Part shown: piece by piece, positions 24,232 to 38,072 of the stretch
Position numbering within the stretch: the stretch's first letter is position 1
Layout of the letters: each line of letters starts with the position of its first letter
NCBI RefSeq assembly: GCF_018977255.1
Contig: NW_024704743.1
Span: 81,780,001-81,844,000 of the forward strand
Direction: 5' to 3'
Length of the DNA stretch: 64,000 nt
Source of the DNA: Callorhinchus milii
Lineage: Eukaryota
Notes under the pieces: model-generated
Databases searched by the model: none
Seen by the model: the letters and a program-made list of their open reading frames with translations, nothing else
What the model was told of the DNA's origin: nothing
Program-made: the position numbers and the translations under genes

Positions 24232-25841
24232 TAACATAAAAAGGGTTGCAGAAAGATGTACGTATTAATATGCAGACCTATCCTTTGTACTGTGGAAAAT
24301 GTGTAATTTACATGACTTACATAGATGGAAATTTTTTAAATAGCTGGGAGGTAATATTTGAGAGATATGTAATGAGGGATGTTTAAAATGGCTGGGAGAT
24401 CGTCCTGGTTCAATATACATAAAATGAGTTAAGCACAAACTCTTTCTAATTTCCAAGTACTGAACCTTCTAATCCTGACAGATACATGCTCTTAGCCACC
24501 AAGTTCCTCTGTACAATTTTCTTCTGCCTCTCCTGTGACATTTTCCCATTGGAACACTGCTTAATTCTCAGGACTACATACTTGCTTTTGAACAAGCCTT
24601 CCCAGCTGTGGAATTTTGCATGAATTCCTTCTTAATGGTCTTAATTAGTTCAGTTGGCTTTTTTTCTTTCTCTCTTCACAATTTCTTCCACTGATTTTTG
24701 AGGGGTAGAATTTCCAGGAGTAGAACTAAACAGTTCTCCACCCCTTAATCTTTGATATTCCGCTTGCAAAAAAAATTGCAATTTTGCTAAATTATGAACT
24801 TGGCAGCATTCAAGTACCTTGACAACAGATGTGTAGCATTTCTGTTAAATAGGATTTTCTAAAACATGCATGTCAGCTAGCTGAGATACTGAATGAATGC
24901 ATCTGTTATGTACAGTATTACAGTGGCATATTCACAGAAACAAGTAAGCATTTTTTACTGCTAAGGAAGAAAGGCATTCCTCACAGCAACTTACAGTCCA
25001 ACAAGTTTAAATTAAAAATAAGAAACCACAGTGGAAAATGCAATGGGAGCCAAAATTATTTAGTCAGCTGTTTTCTAATTCTGAAAGTCTTTGAAATTAA
25101 GCATTGATATTAGCCAGTCAATCCCTTGCATGCAAGGAAGCTATATTGTTCAAAGACTATTTTCTTCATGAGATGTTTTTAACAGGTTGTTCTTGTTTTA
25201 TAGTTAAATAATAAGAGATCCTGATTGTGGATCAGCAAGCGTGGGAGAGAAGACAGTTCCCTGAGGTCCTCTCTCTCTCTGTAGCACGTGTTCCCTGGGA
25301 AATTGAGTTATGCACCAGTTCTTTTGCATTATCTGGGACATCCTGAGTGGGTTGTGAGAAGCAGCCATGGCTATACACCTTGTGTTGAATTGAATCAAAG
25401 AAAGCAGAGTTCCCCATGTGGTACTAAAATGCACTTTTACAGCTGTGCACACCAGCCTCCACCTACCAGTAAAATTCTTAAAGTTAAAATATAGCAGACA
25501 GGTTAGTCAGCTATTTTATACCATTAGAAACTTAACATTGGTATAGCTGAGTTGCTGCATGCATTTCCTTTTCAAATGTTTATCTCCTGAAGGCAATGAT
25601 TTTTGCTGGGTTACAGTTGATAGGTGCCAGCAGTCTCTGATACATGGCCCAAGTAAATCTGGATAGTGACTATCACCAAATGATTCAACAGGGTATACAG
25701 CCAAGCACTATCCTGTTCTGGTATCAAAGCACTGGGCAGCTTTTAATTGACTCACAAATACTGCAGCTCCATATGATTTTTAATTTTTCAAAATAATTAT
25801 AGTTGAATTGGTGTATCAGAAGTTCTGCTACAATGAAGTAC

Positions 25842-26147
25842 AATAATAATAATCCTTGCATTTGATATAGCACTTTTCATGTCTTCTAGACGTCTCAAAA
25901 CACTTCATAGAATATACTCTAAAGTGAATTGGCTATATTTTGTGGGTGAAATGTGGCAGCCAATTGTGCACAGCAGTGTCCCACAAACAGTGGTCGATTG
26001 AGTGACCAAATTATTATTTTTTTTCTTGAGGGATTATTATCAGGATTGTGGAGTAAGGAAACTTGCCCAAGGATTTGATCTGCTGGGAATCAAACCTAGG
26101 TCTCTCGCTTGTGAGGCGAGTGCTCTAACCACTGAGCTAAAGGACTC
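25842..26147 (-). mobile_element. SINE, older subfamily (CAC-loop head)
   Basis: Reverse-complement head GAGTCCTTTAGCTCAGTGGTTAGAGCACTCGCCTCACAAGCGAG; tail GACGTCTAGAAGACATG. Confidence 0.88.
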
Positions 26148-26661
26148 TAAGCCTTATTAAGGCCAGAATTATGGCCTTATTTAGTGAAAGCTGTGGGTTC
26201 ATGTTGGGGTTTTGACATTAAAATTCTATGGCACTGAACTTCCCTCAGTGCCTTCGCCAGCAATGCCCCCGAGAAAAAAAAAGTTAATTCACTTCATGGC
26301 TGTTTGTGGGATATTACTGTATGCAAATTGGCTGCCATGTTGCTCTACAAAATATATAGACACTATGCTTTACATTAAATCCTGTGAAGAGCTTTGAGAT
26401 ATCCTTCTAATGTGAGCTATAACAAAGACAAGGATTATTATGACATGATCCCGGATTGGAGTGGAGTTCTCACGGATCGAAGTGACATACATGGAATAAC
26501 CCGGAGATGATGGATTTTACACCCTGAGGCTCTTTTTCTGATGTGCGATGCCATTTACCCTGCCATTTTCTCAATGAGGGAGAAGGATCATTAAGGATTG
26601 AAGCAAAGCACTGTGAAACACTTTGAGACATCCTCTCAACACTAAAGGTGCTATACCAAAT

Positions 26662-26800
26662 CATAGAATCATAGAATTATACAGCACCAAAGAAGGCCAT
26701 TCGGTCCATCGTGTCTGTGCCGGCTCTTTGAAAAGGGCTATCCAATTCAGTCCCACTCACCTGCTTCTCCCCATAGGCCTGCAAACTTGCCCTCCCCAAA
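26662..26800 (-). mobile_element. CR1 3'UTR fragment
   Basis: CATAGAATCATAGAA...GGCCATTCGGTCCATCGTGTCTGTGCCGGCTC, matching the end at 2480. Confidence 0.85.
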
Positions 26801-27270
26801 CACAAAGATTATTATTATATGTTTTTGTGTGTGCGTGGACATTTCATGAGTAGTGGATGATATATGATGTCCTCCACACTCGAAAAGCCTGTAACTCGCA
26901 GTCTAGGCTCATGTGTGATGAATAGCACTTGGTGAGCTGGCGGATGGTTGCTGATGCCTATGAACTGAACCTCAGCTTGAATTAGAGCCTTGCAAAGAGG
27001 AGGGGGAGAGAAAATTGGCACTAAAAACAATAATGCTAAATAGCTTTCTCCTTGACTGAGCGATTTAATGATAATGTCAGTAACATCAGCACATAAAGAA
27101 CAAATATAAGCCCAGGAGCTACATTTTTCATTGAAATATTTTGCTTGTAAACAGACTGTTTAATTTCTATTCCAATTTGCCTTATAGTTGATCCCAAACT
27201 GACTAGGGTGATGAGTGTAGACAATACTTGGATCACAAGTTTTTTTTTCCCCCTTTGTTTCCAATGAGTC

Positions 27271-27660
27271 TTAGTGACTCATTCTGGGGCACCGTTCCAC
27301 AGGAGCCAGCAGTCTTTCAGTATCTCGCCTAACCTGGCCATTAACAGTGTTTGAACCAGTGTTCAGCAACACAGAGTGTTCGTGAGATATTCGCCTGGGG
27401 AAGCTCGATCTGTTCTCACCTAAAACACATACTTTCCAGGAGGCATCACAGAACAGCAATTGGGAGCACAAACCATGACTGATTATGTTTTACACCTCCC
27501 TTGCCCAAGGAACAGTGAAGCCAATTGTCTTGGCCTCTTCCTCCATCCCACCACTGAGATCAGCTAATTCAGCACAGATTGGAGATATAACTGGAACTTT
27601 CCCAGTTTATTGGGCTTAATATCACACCAGGAGGTGAAGTAACCCATTGAGCCACCCGTC
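27271..27660 (-). mobile_element. Ancient SINE, AmnSINE2-like
   Basis: Reverse complement has GGTGGCTCAATGGGT...CTGTGCTGAATTAGCTGATCTCAG...ACAATTGGC; motif shared with 49745, 58538 and 60443; family name is from memory, not a search. Confidence 0.5.
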
Positions 27661-28589
27661 TCCAATTATACAGGAAAATGTTTTTTATTAACTTGAAGTG
27701 CATTTCCTCCCAATTCTTTATTTTGAATGAAGTAAATGAATCATTTCTCACATTAAGATCAGCATTCATAAAGCAGAGCTCTTTTAAACCTGATCAGCTA
27801 CTGATGATCACTTTGACTCCTCCCCACCCAAACATTTCAAGAATTTCTATTACAGTATGTTCAATGAGGTTTCATTCAAAACCATTGTGGACTGTTTTAG
27901 GTGGAGAAGGACTACCATCAGCAGCAAGTATGATTTTAATTTTTCAAACACTGTGAAACCCCTATTTGTTAAAGGCAGGCGGAAACCGTCAACCTTAAAT
28001 GCTATCTGGAGCATTGTGAGAATCATTATTCCAAGGGTGGAGTTGTTCTATCCAACAAGCAGGTTACCAAAGCAGAGTTTGCAGCCAATTTGAATTAGAA
28101 GAAGAAAAAACAAAGTTTATGATTACATTTGTGCAGGCTAAGAGCACATTTATGCCAACACTTGCAGTTTAGTTCAGAAACACCCATGTGTTGATGCCTC
28201 GCCCTTGAGCTCATAATGTTTCTGATTTTCTTTGATTTTCACACCAAATCTGTTATTGCCATGATGACCGGCGGGCACAGTGATTTTCCTAAATAAGGTA
28301 GCTCACCAACCCCCCAAGCACCTTGCCAATAATATTTTCAACCATTTGTCTCAAGCTAAACTGATCTGCAAAGGTGTGTCGCAAATTGTAATTACGACCA
28401 CTTTTTAACAACAAAACTCACCTTCTCCCATTTCTGTTTTTCTCCCCTCTTTCTTGCCTGAAACCAATGACTTCTGTTCACTTCCACTGATTCTTGACAG
28501 CCTCCAGTACCTTGCCCAACTAAACGCTTTTCTTGGTTCGATCTGGTCAATTGTGCCGGTTGCTAACACTAGTGATTATATTTTGCACT

Positions 28590-29018
28590 GCATGTTTATA
28601 CGTCTCTCAGATAAGACCTTAAACCGAGTTCCTTTCTGCCTGTCAACCAGCATCTACGGAGAAAGGAAACGTTTCAGGTACATAACGCTTCGTCAGAACG
28701 TTCTTTCTGCCTATTCAGGTGGATGTTAAAGATCCCATAGCGCCGCTCGAAAAGAGAAGGAAGTTTCTCCCAACGTCTCATCCCCCAGTTAAATTGTTCA
28801 TTCACTTCATGGCTGTTTCATGACTGTTTGTGGGACATTGCTGTGTGAAAATCATTTGCTGTGTTTGCCTACAAATACACAGTTACTACACTTCACAAAT
28901 CTTTTGTGAATCACTGTGAGATGATCCTAGCATTATAAAAATTATACGAAAAATCCCGTGAAGCACTTTGACACATTTCAGCAATGTGATAAGGCACTAT
29001 GTTAAATGCAAGGATTAT
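28590..29018 (+). mobile_element. Old DeuSINE-like SINE
   Basis: GGTGGATGTTAAAGATCCCATAGCG...CTGTTTGTGGGACATTGCTGTGTG...AAATGCAAGGATTATT. Confidence 0.75.
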
Positions 29019-29343
29019 TAATAATAATAATAATAATAATCCTTGCATTTGATATAGCGCTTTTCACGTCGGGAGGACGTCCCAAAGCGCTTCACAGAAT
29101 ATACTGTAAAGTGAGTTGACTGTATATTTGTGGGCGAACGCGGCAGCCAATAGCGCACAGCAATGTCCCACAAACAGTCGTAGATTGAAAATGACCAATT
29201 TAATTATTGTTTTTGTTTTTTGGAGGGATTATTATTAGGCGTGTGGAGTAAGGAAACTTGCCCAAGGTTTTGCCCTACCTGGAATTGAACTCAGGTTTCT
29301 CGCTTGCAAAGCGAGTGCTCTAACCACTGAGCTACAGGACTCC
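29019..29343 (-). mobile_element. Young SINE (TGC-loop head)
   Basis: Reverse complement near-identical to 7317-7641. Confidence 0.93.
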
Positions 29344-30149
29344 ACATTACTATGGATATTTCAATTATAAAACTATAACAAAAGAAATTGCTGCTGTTAG
29401 TGATCAATGCATGATAGAATCTTTTAACTGTTAACAGGTTATTCAGCAGTGGGGTTTGGGGTGAGGTTGGGGCCCGATCCTGCCCTCACCAGCAGGAGCC
29501 CAAAAATCTTCATGAACTTAGACTTGGATCAAAGACTGAAATTGGATTGTCTGGAATTCTGGTAAACAATCTTCAATTGAGTCTTTATTTCAAAGCTGAT
29601 TTTCCACATTACCTGAATCTATGAAGTACTCTGATGTACTATGAGTGACCCATTGCATAAGTGCAAGTTGTTGTTGTTATCTATTGCCTAACTTTTCACT
29701 CTGATAATGCCTCGCATCCCAATAATGCTAAGCAGAATAAACTCATTTTCTGTAGAGAAGCTATTTTATGTCACTCTGGCTCATGCAACTTTAGCTTTGA
29801 CCCAAGATCTCTTCTAACCTGAAGTTTCATGAGTCGGTGTGACAGATGGGGGTTTCTCTGCAGAAAGCTCAGTTTACCTCATGGATGCATTTTTTGACAG
29901 ATATGCCATTCAAGTGTTTTGTTTCCAACCGTATGTTAGCATTGCGGTGTTTTACAAGAAGCTTAGGCATTTGTCTTACTCTGATTTGTAAAGATAAAAA
30001 TAAATTCTCAATGTCAATTCCCATAGTGTAAGATCACCATAGAATTGACTCCCTTAGCCATGAATGTACACAGAGATGTGTTTGGCAATTGATGTAATGA
30101 CAGGGTGAATTTCCAGGTGTCAATAACATCAGTAATGAAATGGAAATGA

Positions 30150-30780
30150 AAGGCTTCTCGTTAAACTAAAAACCACAGGAACCCGGGATGGAATATGGGA
30201 CTGGTTATAAAATAGGAAACAGAACACAATTGCAAGGTGTGTAATGTCAGATGGGGAAGGAGAGACAGAGGGGAGAGTGACAATGGGGGGTGAGTATATT
30301 GAATATAGTCCCTCGAGGGACAATGCTTGGCCCGTTATTATTTCTAATATACATAAATGACCTGAATACCAAAACCAACTGTAACCAGTTAAGTTCGAGG
30401 AGCTCAGGAGATGTAGCAAAGGTTTTTTGAAAGGATTTAGGTCGGTTGTGCAAGTGAGCAAATACAAGGCAAATGAAATGTAACACTCATAAGTATAAAG
30501 CATTCCACATGGGTAGAAAAATTGGGGCTTAAGAATAGAATGAACGAATTGAATTTGAGCAGGGAGATCTTGAAAGGAACCTACGAGTAATGGTAGACTT
30601 GTTTCTGTCAAAGTCTAGACAATATGTTGAAGCAATTTAAAAGGCTGATAAAATGCCAACATATAAAAGCAGACAAGTATTAAAGTCTATAGATGTTCTG
30701 CTAAGGGTTTACAATGTATTAAACAGACCACGTCATTTGCTCTTATTGAGGTTGCCACCAACCTTTGAGATGTGGAAAGA
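30150..30780 (+). mobile_element. Ancient CR1 RT fragment
   Basis: GTCCCTCGAGGGACAATGCTTGGCCCGTTATTATTTCTAATATACATAAATGACCTG translates as VPRGTMLGPLLFLIYINDL. Confidence 0.75.
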
Positions 30781-31049
30781 GGCTAGCAATAGTAATAATA
30801 ATGCTTGCACTTAATGTAATGCCTTATCATGTCATCAAGATATCTGAAAGTGCTTCACAAGCTTTTTTTACAATGAAGTGTAGTGACTGTATTTGCAGCC
30901 AAAATACAGGCATAGCAGACTTAAGAGGTTAATGCACTTGCTTGTTAAACTGCTGAACTGCAAATTACTAAACCTTGAAAATAGTGGATATGGTCACCCT
31001 GTTGAGAAAGGCACTGTATCAAATGCAAGGATTATTACTATTATTACAA

Positions 31050-31375
31050 CAACAGCAAATTACATTTGTATAGCAGCTTTCACATGGGGAGGTCATCACA
31101 AGGTGCTGGACAGTAAAGGATTTATGCCCAAGCAGGGGTTGGGATTAGATGGGATGGAGGGCAGGAAGATTGGGCGAATGACCGAAGGAGTGGACGAAGA
31201 GGAATGTGTTGAGACAGGCTTTAAAGAAGGCAAGCAAGATGAAGGGACTGTGGGATGGAGTTCCAGAGGGTGGGGGCAGAAAGGCTGAAGGCCTAATGGT
31301 GGAGCAGGAAGGTCGGAGGATATGGAGCAGGCCAGAGCTCATTGAGCAGAGGGAGCGGATTGGTCGGTATGGACC
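31050..31375 (-). mobile_element. L2 3' fragment
   Basis: SSGLLHILRPSCSTI; L2-type tail. Confidence 0.8.
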
Positions 31376-31495
31376 TGGTATGGTTCATAGTGGATGACAC
31401 CTGGGAAAATTGTATTTCTTCTCCATAATCTCTGATCAGATCTGGCACCGTGAATGCATATTTTCCATTGCAGCAAATGTTTCATCGACTGGAGG

Positions 31496-31533
<38 letters not shown>
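31496..31533. repeat. (AAT)n microsatellite
   Basis: Direct reading. Confidence 0.95.
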
Positions 31534-31534
<1 letters not shown>

Positions 31535-31726
31535 GGATGAACTTACTGCACCAACCAAACAATGTTTAGTGGGTCTTTTAGATCCAGCTGATCACTGGTA
31601 CAGTTTTACGAAACATGCATTAAGTTTCTCACACATTCTTCATTGCTTGGATCAAGGATATCTTTTGAAAACTTTTCTTCATTTGATAGCTTCTGCTCTA
31701 ATAATGTTAACAATACAAAACAATAT

Positions 31727-31900
31727 AAAAAAGGCAAAATACAGATGCTGAAAATCTGAAATAAAACCAGAAGTCACTGGGAACACTTAGCAGGTCAGGC
31801 AGTTTCTATGGAGAGAACAAAAAGTGGTTTAACGTTTCAGATTGATTCGTCTTTCAGGAGAAGTGGAGGGTGGGTGACAAAAGGCCATTGACCTGTAACG
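31727..31900. mobile_element. Penelope-like insertion with 11-bp TSD
   Basis: AAAAGGCAAAATACAGATGCTGAAAATCTGAAATAAAAC...AACGTTTCAG; TSD CAAAACAATAT at 31716-31726 and 31901-31911. Confidence 0.7.
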
Positions 31901-32229
31901 CAAAACAATATTAATTCCGTTCCACTGGAGGAAAGTGTTGGGAAACAAAAACACAGGAGAATCCAGCAAGCAGAAGAATGCATCCCTCTACCATAAAATT
32001 TCCTTTACCAATCCTCTGCTCCATGTGCTGAATCTGTCGATGTGGGCAAAGTGCTATTCGGTTTTGTTCTGTTCTGTTGTTTTAAATAGTGTCTCTGTAC
32101 ACTTTAAAAAGTTTTGCAATTCAATCTCCTATTGATATTGCAACCTTATTTATAAATTAAATTAAAATTGCATTAAGTATTACAAGTACAAGTTACTTAC
32201 AAGTACCCAGGGATAAATTCACAAAGACC

Positions 32230-32555
32230 CTGTGTTAGTTTGGCACAGTGGTAGCACTTTCACTTCTGAGTCAGAAGATTGTAGATTCAAGTCCCACATT
32301 GGGACTTAGAATCACATACTCTAAGCTGACACTCCAATGCAGTGCTGGGGTGGGGAGGGGTTACATAGTTGGAGGTGCTTTCCTTCAAATAAGACGTTAA
32401 ACCAAGTCCCGCCTACCCATTCAAGTGGGCATTAAGGATCCCATTGCACCCACAAATACATAGTCACTCTACTTCACAGTAAAATCCTATGAGGCATTTT
32501 GAGACGACCTCCTGATGTGAAAGGCGCTATACCAAGTACAAGGATTACTAGTATT
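32230..32555 (+). mobile_element. Old DeuSINE-like SINE
   Basis: TGGCACAGTGGTAGCACTTTCACTTCTGAGTCAGAAG head; L2-type tail. Confidence 0.75.
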
Positions 32556-33439
32556 ATAATTAAACCTAACTGAATGAACAGAATATTGCTTTGCCCAAAG
32601 CAACAATCTCACTACAAAGAACGCACAGAACAAAATAGCCTCTTAAATTTTATCCTTGGCCTTCTACCTAGAATTGATTTTATGAAGTGTCGAATTTAGC
32701 TCTGAAGTGAACCACAGGCTGGGAACTGGCAGTGAATGCTCCTATTTTTATGGTTTGGTATTTTAGAAAACCAAGAGAGAGACAAATATTGAGCCAAATT
32801 CATATGACCATTTTATCAGCACTTGCACTTGCAGCTTTAAGAACAATGAATGGTGTATATATTTTCCATGAAGGAAATGCTCATTGTCGGGTCCAAGAAT
32901 CCTTCAGCACATTGTTTTTAACAGTTTGAAAGCAAAAGTAATATATTCCCTTTTTNGTATTTAACTCTTTTGAGGCTATTTGGTGCTGGGGTAATAACGT
33001 TGGTATATAACTGATGCTGGTTTGATTCGATACGTCAGTGGCCTTGCATAGTTACAAAACTATATTCTGTAAAGTTCTTAGTTCTTTTGTGCAAAATATA
33101 TTTCATTTCTTTCTGTTCTCTTTGCTAAAATAACTTGCGTTTTTAAAACATTTTCAATTGCATATTTTATGATGTGACCTTCTTTGTTTTATAAAGTTTG
33201 TGACCAGGAAGAGTTGCGTTGGGTAAGAGTATCTAATGCTAGTGTAAAAGTTGTATTGGCTCCAAGGTAAAAACCCTAATTTTACTGGAAGAACATTTTG
33301 TACCACTACTGAATGAATCATTCCAACTACCTATAATCATAGCCCTAGTTGCAATCATCACAAAGCAAAAGACTACCACGGAGGCAGAACGCTGAGAGGA
33401 ATAGTGTAACCAGATACTGTACACTGCATATCATTGAGC

Positions 33440-34771
33440 ACAACAACAACAACAACAATATTTGATTTATAGAGCGCCTTTCACGTCGGGAGGACGTCCC
33501 AAGGCACTGGACAGTTGGGTCAGGACCCGAGCAGTGGGGAAATGGTCAGGGTGAGGGGAGGGAAGGGAGGGAGCGAGGAGGGGGTAGAGAGTCGAGAGGG
33601 GAGCTGAAGGCACGGTCAAAGAGAAAGGTCTTGAGACTGGCCTTGAAGGAGGAAAGGGAGGAGGCGGCGAAGGCACTGGGGGATAGAGTTCCAGAGCCTC
33701 GGGGCTGAGAGGCTGAAGGCCCGGCCACCAATGGTAGGGCGATTGGGGCGGGGGATGTGGAGCAGACCGGAGCCAGAGGAACGGAGGGTACGGGCAGGTA
33801 GGTAGGGGGATAGTAGGTCAGAGAGGTAGGAGGGAGCAAGGCCGTGAATTGCCTTAGATGAGGATGAGGATCTTGAATTCGATCCTCTGGGGGATGGGGA
33901 GCCAGTGGAGGCGAGCGAGGGTGGGAGTGATGTGGTCCCGAAGCCTGGTGCGGGACAGTACACGAGCTGCAGAGTTCTGAATGACCTGCAGCTTGTGGAG
34001 GGAGGTGCGGGAAGGCCGGCGAGGAGAGAGTTCCCATAGTCCAGCCTTGAGGTGATAAAGGCGTGGACCAGAGTTTCAGCAGCGTGAGGGGTGAGGTAGT
34101 GCCGTAGTCTGGCGATGTTTCAGAGGTTATGGAAGGCGGTGCCAGTTGTGGCGCGGATATGAGGGAGAAAGGACAGCTCAGGGTCGAACAGAACCCCGAG
34201 GTTCCTGACCGGCTTTGAGAGGTGGAGAGTGCAGCCTTGGATGCTGATGCTGTCAGCGCCTGAGGTGCGGAGGCGCTGACGTGAGCCAATCAGGAGTGCC
34301 TCAGTTTTGCGCACGTTGAACTGAAGAAAGATGTCTCTCATCCAGGACTCGATGTCGGACAGGCAGGCTGTCAGGACATCGGTGGTCGTGGAATTGAGGG
34401 TAGAGGAGGAAAGGTAGAGTTGGATGTCATCCGCATACATGTGGAAGTTAACCCCATGTCTGTGGATGATGTCACCAAAGGGGAGCATATAGAGGGTGAA
34501 TAGGAGGGGACCGAGGACAGAGCCCTGAGGGACACCACACGAGTTAGTGCGGGGGCTAGAGGAAAAGTCGTTTGTGGAAACAAAATGAAGACGGTGGGAG
34601 AGGTACAACCTAAACCACAGGGCCTTGAAGGTTGAGGTGGGAGGACAAGCGGTGGAGGAGGATAGCGTGGTCGACCGTATCGAATGCGGCCGATAGATCG
34701 AGGAGGAAGAGGGAGCCCTGGTCGCAGATGGTCAAGATGTCATTGGTGATCTTGACCAGGGCGGTTTCCGT
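33440..34771 (-). mobile_element. Young L2 LINE, 5'-truncated (same family as 12540)
   Basis: [29 protein letters not shown]; nearly identical to the 12540 copy. Confidence 0.97.
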
Positions 34772-35019
34772 TAGCACAGCACGGTTATCAGAGAACAGCA
34801 GTAATAAATAAATTGGATTATTTTGCACACAGATATATAAAAGATAGAACCCTTTACAATGAAGTCTAGTTATTGATAGGATACCATCCTATCAAAAACA
34901 CTGCGAGAACAGAAATAAGATCATTGCTGAGTAGCAGAAATCTCTGTGTCAAGAACTCAAAACTGTATTCACTTTCTGTCACTTCAGATTGTCACTTTGA
35001 TCTGGCAACACAGAATCAT

Positions 35020-35465
35020 TAACAACAACAACAACTTGCATTTATTAGAGCTGCTCACACGGGGTAGCATCCAAGAGCGTTTAACAGTGGCAGAACACTA
35101 CCCAGGTGTGGGCGTGGGGTAGTTGACTGTAGGCACAGTCGAATAGGAAGGGCTTCAGGCACAACCTGAAGATGGGGAAGGAAGGGGCAAGGTGGATGAA
35201 GAGAGGAAGAGTGTTCCAGATTTTCGGCGCATAGTGGCTGAAAGTGTGGCACTAATGGTGGAACAGAGAGCACAAGGAACATGCAGAAGGCTGGAGCCAG
35301 TCGAGCAGAGGCAGCGGGTTGTGGGTTGGGGTGTAAGCAGGTCAGAGAGGTAGGGAGGTGTCAGGTAATGAGGGATTTGAAAACAAGTGTGAGGATGTTG
35401 AAATCAATCCGTTCGGCAATAGGGAGCCAGTGGAGCCTGGCTAGAACTGATGTGATGAGGATACA
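35020..35465 (-). mobile_element. L2 3' fragment (second family)
   Basis: Tail GGATGCTACCCCGTGTGAG and (TTG)n; ORF2 C-terminal remnants. Confidence 0.85.
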
Positions 35466-36501
35466 GAGGGAGTTCAGCACATTAATTCACAGACCTATGG
35501 GGTTTTGATATTCTCACCCGTGATGGTTGATATGCTTATATATAATATCAGTGTTGTGCAGAATTGACATGATTAAACTTAAATTTAACAATAAAATGTG
35601 GTTGACTAAGAATTGCATTGGGTAAGAGTGGACAATAACAATTCCGGCAAATGAACTGATATGCAATTGTCAGGAACCTCGCACCATGATTCTTCCCTCA
35701 CCCCACTGGTCGATGCTGCTGGATATCCTACTCATTCATAACTAAGGCATGAGTTCACTCCTCACTGATGCCATTTTGAATGAAGATTATGCTACGCCTT
35801 TGCTCAATAATGAGATGCATGATTTTGAATCCTTAGTTATAGTTCTGTTGGCTAGTTGTGGCACAAGCATGATTAACTAGGATTTGAAGCCATAATCATG
35901 ATGTTGCTCAGAGAACCAAGGCATGCATAAGGGAGCCTGCATAAGGATGAAGACCTTGAAATGTCAGCGATAATTAAATATCTGTACTAACTATGTATTA
36001 ATGTGGTAAAGCTTTTTAAAGATTGGATTTAAATTTCTTTTATTGAGAATCCTAGGTGACAGATTCCTGCCCACCATGCAGAAGACCACCAACATTGAAA
36101 AAAGTAGTAGAGAAAAAAAAGAATCAAGAAGCATTGAGCTGGCGACACCAAGCTCAGTTGCCACGCTAAAGTTAATTAGAACCATTCCTAACTAAGTAGT
36201 TAAATAGGTGATTTGGTTCACTGGCGGCAACCATTTGATCTGTGCCAAATATTGGAATCTGCAGAGTGAAGTTAGCATTGCTCAAAATACCCTTGCTACC
36301 TACATTGATATTTTCCATCTGTTTGTAATTGGACAATTAAATTACCAGCAGTCTGAATATCCATTTCCACTCATGAAGGGTGACTACTGAGTACGGCTGA
36401 TTTGTGTAACTAAAAATCGTATTAAATTGTCTGCTTAGAATTCATAGCTTCTAAGCATCTACAAAACACAAACTATGAAACGGGTCACTTTTATGAAGCT
36501 A

Positions 36502-36566
36502 TTTATTATTTTGTATTTATTTTTGGTCAGCTGGTGTCTGACACATGCAGAAACCCATCACCATGC
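36502..36566 (-). mobile_element. Extreme 3' fragment of the unclassified retroelement, with 12-bp TSD
   Basis: TTTATGAAGCTA at 36490-36501 and 36567-36578; A-rich tail. Confidence 0.75.
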
Positions 36567-37846
36567 TTTATGAAGCTAGTATGGGGCCAAATATTAAGTA
36601 ATGAAGCAGGATAAACTCCTTAGAGGAGCACAGAAAGATTCCTGCTTTTATCTGTAACATTGACTGTGAGGGTTTTAAACAACAATAAATATACAGTACA
36701 TCACAACTCTTGTATTTATGAATAACTATCCAATCAAGATTATTTCAGTGTACACTTATAATATTGAGTTTGACAGAGCTTTGTAATTTTATTCTGTGAA
36801 CTACACTTTCACCTTATGTACATGAGCAATAACATAGCAAAAACAATTATTCATTGGAACATTGCTGGCAATCATCCATTAATCACTAGTTTGCAGCCAA
36901 TATTTTACTTTTGCTTCCAGATAAGAAGAATAGGAATACTTGAATTTGATACAGCGCCTCAAAGCCCTTCACAGAATATACTGTAAAATGAATTGACTAT
37001 ATTTTGTGGGTGAAATGCGGCAGCCAATAATCTTACAAGATCATTTGTAAGATATTTTCCTTCCAGAAACTAGGTTTGTAGTACTTGCGGAGTAAATTTT
37101 ATATTTTCGTGCGCTACCCTTTATCCTTAAGGATTTATACTTGTCCTAATCATTTTATGATTTATTCAAAACATATGAGAATTCTATGCCAATCCATCCA
37201 ACTTTTAAATAGGACATTCATAGCACGTGGCTATTTTCATGATCTTTGACCATTAGACTTTCCTAACAAGATTGCTCTTGCAGGGTTTATGAGTTCTTGT
37301 CAGAAAGCAAAATACTATAAAGGAATCAAGAACACAAAAGAACGACCAGTAGGAGCTCAAGTAATCGTGTATTTCTTCTATTGGACTTTCGCAATCTTAA
37401 AATAATGTAGAATAAAATGAACGAAACTTTTGGGCACAGTGGAAAAGGTGTCACCTATAAATCAATGTGGCTTTCAGTTTTAAGACTGAAATGTTAAGCT
37501 CCCCGGAGACATGTTCCATTACATTTCTGGGCAAGCTTAATAATCGTGCACTAAATACAGCTGGATAGCCTATTCCTAAAGATTACAAGAGCCATTGACG
37601 TTTTATTTCCAGGTGAAATTAAATGATATAGAAAAGGAACATAAAAAGAGAGATTCTCACACCATTGCAAAGAAAAGGCAGTGCTGTAAATATAACAGTT
37701 GACTTTTTAAAGTTAGTGCATCTCTAAGTAGATTGGAAGCAGATTTCTGTGACTTGCTTTTTTGTAATTAACTCAGAAATTCAGCAAGGAAAACAAGCAA
37801 GTTTCATTCATACAGAACAAAAAACTTTTAATGAATTGGTAAATAG

Positions 37847-38072
37847 TTTTTTTGGTCAGCTGGGTGTCTGACACATGCAGAAACCCATCACCATGCTTAA
37901 GAGTGTCCAAACCAAGCTGAGATTTCCATACACCCACCTACACATGGAAATCTCAGAAATAGATTGTTGGAATGGAATGCGCACTCTCTCCCTGGAGGGA
38001 TACATCCTACTTACCTAATTCTGGAAAGTATTAGGCACAGGTTTGCAAGAGCCAAGGCTTTGGGATCCCAGA
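37847..38072 (-). mobile_element. Unclassified retroelement, 3' fragment
   Basis: Reverse complement aligns to 18860-19274 once the fold-back insertion is removed. Confidence 0.7.

Noticed and set aside
32956..32956. Single N base
   Set aside because: Assembly ambiguity with no biological meaning
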